Assembly: GCA_964016885.1 (NCBI GenBank) | Contig: OZ024740.1 | Location: 373,984,001 to 374,048,000 of the forward strand | Direction: 5' to 3' | Source: Eledone cirrhosa | Lineage: Eukaryota | DNA length: 64,000 nt | In this document: piece after piece, positions 53,888-64,000 of the stretch | How the letters are laid out: each line of letters opens with the position of its first letter | Position numbering within the stretch: position 1 is the first letter of the stretch | Made by a program: the position numbers and the translations under genes | The notes under the pieces: model-generated | What the model was told of the DNA's origin: nothing | What the model saw: the letters and a program-made list of their open reading frames with translations, nothing else | The model's database searches: none

Positions 53888-53968
53888 AATAAACGAAGCT
53901 AAATTTTAATCATTTGACTTTTATTTAACTTTATTTTATATATATATATATATATATATATGGGGGGG

Positions 53969-54045
<77 letters not shown>

Positions 54046-54099
54046 GTGTTGTGTATGTGTGTGTGTATATTTGTGTGTGTGTGGCTTTGTATGTGTATG

Positions 54100-54179
<80 letters not shown>

Positions 54180-54184
54180 AATAT

Positions 54185-55375
54185 GTAAACTCACCGAAAC
54201 ACGGCACCATGGCAGTGATAAGCCTAGACATGAAAGCAACTCTGATAGCCTTAACGTTTCCGTAGGAGCACCCGACAGGTTTGGTGGCAGACGAACAGAC
54301 GCAACTGCCAAAACAGCGGTGGGGCTGAGGAGCACAATTGCGACCAGTACGGGACACGAGGCGGCAGCAGAAGGCGCTGTGGCGCGCGGAGTGTAAATTG
54401 TACTACCCCGCGCGCCTTTGGATATAATAGTACTGACTACGGAGTTAGCGACGATGGTATGGATGATAATGTAGGTAGTGACAGTAATAGTTTTATTTCG
54501 GGCATTAGAAGCAACCGCAGCGGTAGCGACCGCAGCGGACGCTGCAACTGTCGTGACCCGGGAAGATGTCCGCTCAGGGGAAGTTGCCTGACTGACAATG
54601 TTATATATAGTTGCACTGTAACTAGCCATATCCGTGTCAAAAATTACATAGGGGCCACCTGTGGCCCGTTCAAAACCAGATTCCGATCACTTCTCCACTC
54701 TTTTAGAAACAGGAAGCTAAGGTACTCCACATCCCTCGCCAACTACATCACAAAATTGAACGACTCCAACATCAGCTTTTCGACATACTGGGAAATTGTC
54801 AGCAGGGCAACAACTTACAGCTTCAAGAGAAAGTGCCAGCTCTGTCTTATGAAGTTTAGCATATCGTAAGAGCACCCCTATATCTCATCAACAGCAGAGC
54901 ATAATCCGTGATAAACTGCGGACACAGAATCCAGTACTCATTCTATGGTTGGACGCCCGTTGATATATGAACACCATAAACCGGGTCCTCATGCACCAAA
55001 CCATAACACGTCAGATGACGGGGTGCATAATTAAACATCTGTGCACCAACTATGCCTCGTAGATCCGGCCTGACTAAGCAGTAGTAAATTGGCACCCATA
55101 AAATAGTAGTGGGGAATAATTATCATGTGAACGAAAAATAAGCCATTTAGGGACATTTATTCAAACACAGATCAGATTTACTCCCCTTGCTCAGTGATGC
55201 AAACAGCCATGTATTGTTGAATTTAAACATGAATTTCAATGTGGTTATCATCTTAAAACCCGTTCTGAGATTTGTATGCCCTTGAGAAGACCGTTTCGTG
55301 CGAAACGTACGTAGGTGGTTATTGTATTCACATGTTCCAACAGTCTGTATTCTCTTTCGTAATTCTTTCATTTGT
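54185..55375 (+). mobile_element. 5'-truncated Penelope-like element, relative of 11478-12622
   Basis: [27 protein letters not shown]...[15 protein letters not shown]...YSTSLANYI...WEIV...CQLC. (TA)n on both sides. Confidence 0.9.
55279..55315 (+). ncRNA. Hammerhead-like motif, U3-A8 variant, in PLE 3' UTR (degenerate helices)
   Basis: CCC-UUGAGAA-...-GAA-ACGUACGU-A-GG, at the same position as the 12528 motif. Confidence 0.5.
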
Positions 55376-55444
55376 ATACATATATATAACGGCGATGAAT
55401 TAGTTTTGCGAGGTTTTTGATATGAAATCGTGTGTCAAAACAAA

Positions 55445-56600
55445 TATTGTTATACTTGGGGAGGGTTATATTTGTGTAATAATAATTCCAGATTTAATAA
55501 CAGAACACACTCACTGTTTGGTTGGTTTTCGCTTATGTTTCTTTTATATCGGTTAATTTAATTTATTCGGTCCTCAATGTTACCATTGACTGACCAACGG
55601 TTAAAAATACAGATATAATATAGACACAAACACATATATATAGTCTAACAAAGTTATTTCGTTGCACATCTACAACATCGTCAGTGGTGCTATTATGTTT
55701 CCTCCTAATATATTGTATGCCTATGCCATCTTTATTTAGTATCTTTATTTATTTATTTATTTTTCTTCTCTGCGCATTCGTTTGCGTGTGTGTATAGTGT
55801 GTGATGTGTGTTCGTGTTTGGGTAACTGTGTATTGGTTATTGTATTCTATCTTAGTTTACTAGTGTGCGTTTATATGTGTTTGTTGTTTTTGTGCTTGTG
55901 TATGTATTTATTTATTTATTTATACTTCTCTTAGGTCAGTATTATTTGTTTGGGTGTTTTTATTCCATTCATTTTTTTCTGTTTAGCCTTGGCCTTCTAA
56001 GTTCTATTTCGCTGGCTTGTCTGATTTGTCTATCTGCTGGGCCATTTCTATGTGTAGATATTATTATAATTTCTATATTGTCTATTTTACCGTCGTGTTG
56101 TTGTCTGGCATGTTCGTATAGTACTGAACCGTGTTTTCGTTCTTTTAGTTCCCCCCAGTGTTGGTCTATCCTTTCACCTATGCTACGAGCTGTCTCACCT
56201 ATGTATGTTGTTGTCATACTTCTGCAAGTACCCTCTGTACATCTTATGCTATAGACTACGTTTCTAGTTTAACAGTGTATCCGGCCGTTTACTTTACATA
56301 TAATACATTTCCTATTAGTAGAGTAGGTTTGCTTAAAAGGGTAGGTTTTACTGATCAGGGATTTTATGGTGGTTTCTGGCTTTTCTACCACCTTAATCTT
56401 TAAGTGGGTCTTTCTCAGGGCCTATCTACACTGGTTAGCTAATTTCCCTCCAGAGGTAGCTTCCACAAACATGACACTCTGGTATCTCTGGTTGTCGTAA
56501 CATGAGGTGGCTTTCCCTATCTTATGTCTAGTCGTATCTAAGCTATTCCATGATGTGCTCCTGTATAATGGGCAAATTCCTTTCATGGCCAGTTGTCTGA
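55445..56600 (-). mobile_element. Penelope-like element 3' part (different GIY-YIG lineage) with family D' 3' UTR
   Basis: RNVVYSIRCTEGTCRSMTTTYIGETARSIGERIDQH...LYEH...SEIELRRPRLN. It abuts the Tx1-type LINE at about 56605. Confidence 0.85.
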
Positions 56601-56604
56601 TAAA

Positions 56605-59600
56605 TTTCTATATTAGCCACACGGACACACTAGAAGGGGACAAATACAAAGTGGGTGTTTACATACAGGTATATGAAAATAAAACTATTAATAAAATAAC
56701 AAATAACAATTGAAATTCCCAATAGTGGGGAGGCGTTACACAGGGGTTGTACACACCCCGAAAAAATGTACAACCCTCATATCCAGGAGCACCAAGAGTG
56801 AGAACTCCCTTCTTCTCTTCCTCTTGTTCCTCAACCTACAGGCTTATATAGAGAGAAGGCCCAACCACTCGGGCCATCTTTTCCACATTCACCCACCTTT
56901 TATGAAATTTGGGTACAGCTCCTCTCTCTCCATCCTTATTATTCTTCCAAAATGATATTTGAAAAAACGAATCAGTTGATCGCCGGAGGGAAAGATGTCT
57001 GAACTCAGCCCTTTTAACCTCATCCACCATATAACCTCTTTCACCATAAACTTAACACATAGGAAAACCGCCTTTCCCCTGTTTTTGAAGGAGGGTGGCG
57101 GTTTGATCATGACAATGGACTCGGTGGTCAACTGGATTGGTCCCACCCGCGACAATAGTCGTTCTACATAGACGCACAGGTCGGTAATGCCCAGTCAGTG
57201 TACAAATGGGTCTCGAACAGATCATTTTCGAAGGGACCTGCAAGGGCGCCGCTGTCTGTAGATATTGTCTCGATCTGGTAGAGCTCCTTTGTAGCACTGC
57301 CAGGAAAGGGACTTTTGGAAGTTGTCCATTTGTCCCGGGCCGAGGTCCTACCGAACAGACTGGCCAGTTCGTCCTCCACTACGCCTCGTGTTTCTCCGAG
57401 CGCGTCGTCGCACTTGCTGCGGACAAACCCTCTATAGAATTTTGAAGTGTATTCTCCACTGATCACCGGGTCCGTTTGCCTGAGCACATTCGATGTACAG
57501 TTGCCTATTTTCCTCGGTCTTTGCTTGACCCAGGACTGCAGCTCGGTCAGCGAGACGAGTCGTGGGAAGGCTCGCCTCACGAACGGGGCCTACAACGGTT
57601 GTCCGGGGAGGAATACGTGGTGGTGCCGCAGCCTGAACGCATGTTTGCGCATCGTCAGCCACTGTATCCCCGTCCCTCCGTTTGAAGGGTGTTGGCAGCA
57701 GATGGATCTTCTCACCAAGGAGCCTGTTTCTTCCAAAGGAATTGGAAGAGCGCGCATTCCATTTTGGTGAGCTTGTTGGCTGGACAAGGCACGACGGTCA
57801 AGCGGTAGTAGATGACGGCTATAAAAGGGTCGCCACCTACGCTCGACCTTTCAAGGATAGTTTCCATTCGGCCCACTTCTGGGTGAGCGCAAACACCTTG
57901 GCCGTCACCTCGTTCCAGATCTTCTCCACCTGGAGGTCCGGACCAAACCAGACCCCGTGCAGCTTTACCTATCCTTCCGTCCAGCGTCCGACGACGCCAT
58001 CGGAAGGCATCAGTTTGCCTCTCCACGCTCCGAGTTGCAAACCGACGGATTTGTCCCGGTTCAGCTTCGCTCCTGTGAACCATTCGTATTCCTCCAGTAA
58101 GATGCCGACCTCCGCGATCTGCGAGGTGCTCGACACCATTATTGTCACGTCGTTGGCGTAGGCCGACCTCGCTTTTCGAAGTCGCGGTTCCAAAGGCATG
58201 CGCTGCAATAACTGGTACTTCCGCAGTAGTGGCTCGAGAGTCAGTACGTACAGAAGGGAGGAGAGAGGGCATCCCTGTCGTATGGATCGCGTGATATGGA
58301 ACGGCCCCGAGAGGTAGCCGTTCACCTGGATCTTTGAGCAGATGTTGCTGCTGTACATTGCAGCAATCCAGCCCCTCAACATGGGCCCGAAGCCTGCCGC
58401 CTCGAGCACCGCATCCAGGTAACGATGGTCAACCCTATCGAAAGCCTTAGACTGATACAAGTTGATCGGGCCCCACCGAAGCCGGGTTTACACCCTACCC
58501 TCTCTAGGATGTATCAAATGAGGTGGAGGTTGTCGTGTATGGACCTGGGCGGGATTGCGCATGTCTGCGCTTCTCCCACCAGGTTTTCGACGACAAGCGC
58601 CAGCCTTTTTGCCTACACCTTGGTCAAAATCTGTAACTCTGTTTTTTGCAGAGTTATCGACCGGAAGTTGCCTATGTCATCCCCCTTATTATCATCCTTC
58701 CTTACTATCGTGACTACGCCCTTGGTCACAGAACTGGGGATTCTCCCGTTCTGCTGCCAGTGGCAGTAGACCGCTTCCAGGAGACCGGAGAACAAGTCCG
58801 GCATAGCTACGTAAAATTCGTAGGGTAGACCGTCCAGACCTGGAGATTTGCGTTTGCCGCATTGGCTCAGCGCGTGCCCTATCTCAGCGACCGAAATACA
58901 TAGCCCCTCTCAGCGTGCCGCCCTGCCCGAACAGTTGAGCAATGTGCCGCTGAAATGCCGCACACACCTGTTTCTGCTCACGTATCACGCGTCCGTCTTG
59001 GTCCTTCAAAGACCGGATCGTGGATTGTTGCCACTTTTCGTCTCCGTCACTCGGGCCCAGCTAACCGCTTTGGCTCCTTCGTTTACCAGAGCACGCATTT
59101 GGCTTCTGAGAACGCAGCCTTCATGCTTTGCGTCGAAGAACTGGTCCAAGGCCGTTCTCGTCGCTAGCACACTGGCCACGTTGCCACTCCTAGGTGCCTC
59201 TTCAACTTTATCTACTGGTTCCTTCTCTGTTTTATTTCTATCTAACACTAATTCTTTACTAAAACCCATCGAGTCTAATCTAACTGCCCTCTTGAGAGAG
59301 TAACACCAGCTGTTATTGACAATGGCCCACGTCAAGTGCTGCTTAACTAAAGTGCTAATCCGTCTACTGTAGGCGTTGTATGTCGGTAACGACAAATTCA
59401 GCATCCAGTAGCCGGGTCCCTGTCAATGGGTTTTGTCAAGGTGGAATAAGCACGTCACTAATTGTTGAACTGAATATGCAAGCATGAACATTTGTGGACA
59501 GCTTAACATGTTCCTATCCATCTTTATAACCAGAACCCTATCTAGGTACGATCTACATGTTCCGCTAAGATTAGTCCACGTCCACAGTAGCACGGTCGGA

Positions 59601-59868
59601 AAATCTAGTCGATATCTATCGGCCAGATCAAATCGGCCGATTAACTGTTTGAGGCTGTTATACCCGCCTCTATCGGGACATGCTCCCACATAGTCCCAAC
59701 GTGCATCTAGGATTCCATTCCAGTCTCCAACTAACAGCAGGGATCGGGATGTTCCCAGAAAAGTATCTAGACCTTTGAAGAAATCTGGTCGCGGTGTCCC
59801 GGATGGGCATATGCGGCCACTAGCCTGAAGGCTCCACCTTCACTGCCGTCAACGTCTAGGACCACCAG
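56605..59868 (-). mobile_element. Decayed Tx1/L1-type LINE ORF2
   Basis: LLLVGDWN, WTWTNLSGTCRSYLDRVL, FRSITLQKTELQILTKV, QSKAFDRVDH, SIRQGCPLSSLLYVLTLEPLL, AYANDVT. Confidence 0.92.
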
Positions 59869-60157
59869 AAAAAAGGAGGCTCACGAAGGCTTAAAGCCTT
59901 CATGAGCCTCCTCTTTTCAAGTAAAAATAAATTTAAACACTCATATATGAAAAAACAACCTGTGTCACCCCCCCCCCCCTCTTATTTGAAGAACTATTGT
60001 AACGCGAACTGGCGCGAAATTTATTATAATTATTGACAACCAATCAAATTACTTCTCGAAAAACCTGGCATTTCGAGCCACTTTTTCCATATAAAACAAG
60101 TAACATTCAGAGACCAACCAAATGTGAGAAAAACCACAGACCCTCCATCTCAACTCA

Positions 60158-60195
60158 CCTTTTGAAAAGCAGAAGAACTGCGAAACCAGTAAAGG
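60158..60195 (+). ncRNA. Type I hammerhead, U3-A8 variant (family C)
   Basis: cctt ttgaaaa gcagaagaactgc gaaa ccag ta aagg, with one change in the helix III palindrome. Confidence 0.65.
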
Positions 60196-60265
60196 AAACA
60201 AATAAATATATATATATTTTTTTTTAAATTAGACTCCAGTTGCATTTTCGATTTCATCTCTTTTT

Positions 60266-60300
<35 letters not shown>

Positions 60301-60317
60301 AAATTAAGATAAATCAT

Positions 60318-60935
60318 CTAAATAAAGTTAACTAGAACTTCAAAAATAGATACCTTATAATATGATTAATCTTCCATGTATATATTCCATTAAAGAAATA
60401 TATTTCACCGATTAAATGAATGGTAAACCATGGAGGCCGATACTTGGATTTTCAACAAGGAAGAAGTCCAGCCATGTGTGTTTACGCATTAAGTTCAAAT
60501 CAGCGACTGACCAGTAACACGTGCTGTATCTACTAAAAATGCACACATCATACCACTGGCGTGAATAAGGTTATCGACAACTAGAAATAGCAGTCAAGTC
60601 CTTTCAACAGAGTTAGCTCTACAATTAAGTAGCCGTATTTATATATCTATATCCACAATTTAGATAAATCAAAGTGAATTTAATCTAAAGCAAAATTATG
60701 GGTGTCATGCCAGAAAGGCTTGCGCCATATCAGCCGTAGAATAAGATCCAAGATTCTAATGAATAGGTCCGAGCATTTTATAACAACTAGAAATTGATTA
60801 ACATATAAATAAACATATGAAACAATCACAGGAGATAATTTTTACAAGTTTGTAAGCACACATAGCTAGGTAGGTAACTAAATAAAGTTAACTAGAACTT
60901 CAAAAATAGATACCTTATATGATTTATCTTCCCTA
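60318..60935 (+). mobile_element. Second locus of the ~550-bp unit, circularly permuted, about 1.1 copies
   Basis: ctaaataaagttaactagaacttc at 60318 and 60878. Homologous to 4496-5290 but starting at a different phase. Confidence 0.85.
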
Positions 60936-60959
60936 TATATATATATATATAATCTATAA

Positions 60960-62340
60960 CAAATCTATAACAAATCTATTAAAACCAATCTACCCTCAAA
61001 ATTCTTTCGATTAGTTAGAAAACACTTTCCAACATCACATAAATATAATAAAATCTTAAACCCTAACACCATCCGACTTTCATATTCAACCGCCCCTAAT
61101 ATTGAACAACATATAAAAATGCTTAACGCAAAACGGTTGTATAAACGCCTTCCAACACATAACAATACACGTAAAACATTAGCTATAACATCACAAAACA
61201 ACAAACAACATCCTGTTCTACATAAGCAACCTCATCAACCCATCCATGGCAATACAACAACGCAAAATTGTAATTGCAACTGTGTCCAACCAGGAATGTG
61301 TCCGTTGAACAACCAGTGTCTTGAACGCAACATCGTATACAAATGTACTATCGAATCGGATAGACAGAAGTGGTACTATGTGGGATCTACAGCCACCTCC
61401 TTTAAATCACGCCTTTATAGACATCGTTATTCGATAAAACATGAAAACCAGCGTTATGTAACAACACTCGCAGACAAGGCTTGGCAGCTGCGTGAAAATA
61501 ACCAACAATTTCACCTAAAATGGGATATAATAGCGACTGCCCCCCCCATATTCCAATGGACAGGAATTTTGTAGATTATGTAATGTAGAATTATTTTGTA
61601 TTATGAAATCCAAAAACATTTTATTAAATAACAGAATTGAGCGATCGTTATACTGTAACCATCGCTTAAAATCTACATTTTCATATTATAAATACTACCA
61701 GGATTGAACGCCTGTCTCTATCCCCGTTTGATTGTCAAAATAGATATGAACATTCTTTATTAGTCTTAATTCTATCAACTCTTCTATTATTTACCTTTTA
61801 ATACAAACTGCTATAGATAAAATGAGATTTCTGATTTTTTGATTCAATTCCCTAGAGCAAATACCAGCTGACCACTAGCATTGATGTTATTTAGTAGCAA
61901 TCGAAATCTCCCCCTTCCCCAATTGACACTTTATGATTAATACTACTGCACCAAATGACCAGCCCTGTCCACTGTCCAGTTGGTCAAGTAGAGATTAAAA
62001 TCGGCACCCCCAAAATTCTTATTTAGATTTACTCATGGTATTCTCATTAAAAACCCATTATATACTTGTTTAGCAGTAAATTATTTTACCATCTGTCATA
62101 TTCTATCCCCTCTGTTCCTTCCTCTTTTACTAATATAAATACTTCAATTTTTCTGATTTTATCCAGTTTATCCAAAATCTCTGAAGAAGTGACAACTGAT
62201 TATACATTTGCTATCGAATACTTGCTAACATTATATGATTACGCAAGCAGCGATACATAGGTATTCGGTCTGTTACAGAAACATATGTCAATACCTAATA
62301 AATTCCTTTTTTAACAAAAGCACTTTCATTTTATATTCAT
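60960..62340 (+). mobile_element. 5'-truncated Penelope-like element (RT thumb end + linker + GIY-YIG)
   Basis: NKSIKTNLPSKFFRLVRKHFPTSHKYNKILNPNTIRLSYSTAPNI...CNCVQPGMCPLNNQCLERNIVYKC...YYVGSTATSFKSRLYRH...LKWDII. (TA)n on both sides. Confidence 0.9.
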
Positions 62341-62343
62341 CCT

Positions 62344-62398
<55 letters not shown>

Positions 62399-62790
62399 AA
62401 CTGAAAAAATGCAACGAAATTTCATTTCTCACTCTTAGTACGGCTTAATTCGGTATGTTATTTTACAAACACACCGAGCATTATGATAAATGTCCGGTGA
62501 ATCCATACGTACATATATATATGTGTGCATGTATGTATATATATATATATATATATATATACATACTACTTTACGTCTGTATACATATATGTATGTACGT
62601 ATACATACTTATATTTAAGTAACAGCCGTACTAAGAGTGATAAATGACATTTCGTTTCATTTTTTCCGTTTATCGTTTTCGGTGCACCCGGCCGATTAAC
62701 TCACTCGATATGCAAATTAGGCTGCTCAGCCGTTAATATGCATAAGTAAATATATACTTTCAGACATTCAATCATCTGGCAGGAAGGTAT

Positions 62791-62833
62791 GCGTTGCTGA
62801 CGATAGCTAATAAGCTTGAAACTAGTACAGCGT
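62791..62833 (+). ncRNA. Type I hammerhead ribozyme (family H)
   Basis: GCGUUG-CUGACGA-U AGCU aaua AGCU U-GAA-ACUAGU-A-CAGCGU, inside a ~443-bp terminally redundant unit (62437-63025). Confidence 0.82.
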
Positions 62834-63024
62834 TCCTATGTCAGTGTTGAACAAATGAGCAACGATGGTTGCTAGACACTGTACGGCTGAATTCGGGATG
62901 TTTGTTTACAAACACACCGAGCATTATAATAAATGTTCGGTGAATCCATATATGTGTGCATGTATGTATATATATATAAATACTACTGTACGTCTGTATA
63001 CATATATGTATGTACCTATGCATA

Positions 63025-63136
<112 letters not shown>

Positions 63137-63546
63137 TGTACATATGTATATATAGGGTATATGTGTGCAAGTAACTGTGCTTGTAACTGTATCTGTGCTT
63201 AAGTATCCATATATTCATGTATGCATACATATGTGTATCCCTTTATCTGCAATATGTTAATGGGACTCAAGGCATGATGAATTTTAGTGTGAATTAAATT
63301 AGAATAAAACATCATCAATATATGGCGTTTCCTCACACAGACGTGTTTAATTATGCACATAATGATTTATTGCATAATTATCACTGTACACCTCCTCCCA
63401 GTGGAATGGTTCACAGCATCATATATGACAAGAGATGCAGAAATCGATAAATATGAGGAACTACACTGGAGGACAACAGAAACCGCACAAGCTCAAAATA
63501 TTGATCACATCTTGGGCAACTGAAGTATAGATATATCAAACTGAAT

Positions 63547-63613
<67 letters not shown>

Positions 63614-63759
63614 TTTTGAGTTTATGTTGGTTGTATACCAACACCTCAGTATGCAGGCTGGAGCACTCGACGAAGTGCGCAGGTTGGTTTGGTTACTCCG
63701 GAGTAGTGTAAAATAAAGTTAAATAAAAGTCAAATGATTAAAATTTAGCTTCGTTTATT

Positions 63760-63814
63760 ACTGCTATATATATTTCAGTGACAGCCATCTTTGGCTGTGA
63801 CCTCTTCAGGCAGT
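63760..63814 (-). ncRNA. Type I hammerhead ribozyme (family G)
   Basis: Exact reverse complement of 53833-53887. Confidence 0.85.
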
Positions 63815-63863
63815 TTGAATTAGAATGGTATAGACAAGTACATATGTTGTTTAGGTGTATGAT

Positions 63864-64000
63864 ATTGTCAATACTCTGATATGCCCAGTTCCTTGTTGGG
63901 TTGTTAATTCACTGGGGAACTGGAGTCATTGGATACGACTCCAGTTCCCCAGTGAATTAACAACCCAACAAGGAACTGGGCATATCAGAGTATTGACAAT
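63864..64000. repeat. Foldback of family G element running off the window end
   Basis: 63864-63927 is mirrored by 63937-64000, with the 9-bp spacer attggatac. Confidence 0.9.

Overview
AT-rich, microsatellite-saturated eukaryotic intergenic or intronic DNA. The (TA)n/(CA)n/(GA)n density and the SINE family suggest a cephalopod such as Octopus (inference). No host gene is supported, and most short ORFs are microsatellite translations. Recognisable content: three decayed Tx1/L1-type LINEs, Dong/R4-type restriction-like endonuclease LINE ends in (TAA)n, several RTE fragments, tRNA-type SINEs, non-autonomous Helitrons, two Tc1/mariner relics, and four or five Penelope-like element (PLE) 3' ends with GIY-YIG endonuclease. 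The main hidden signal is about 20 minimal type I hammerhead ribozyme motifs from about 8 unrelated sequence families, nearly all with a short palindromic helix III. They include U3-A8 core variants and U.U-closed helix II variants. Most sit in short non-coding elements next to (TA)n and are often arranged as foldbacks. One is a young 310-bp tandem plus inverted array with one hammerhead per monomer, a candidate retrozyme/circRNA satellite. All folds were read by eye and no activity is demonstrated.
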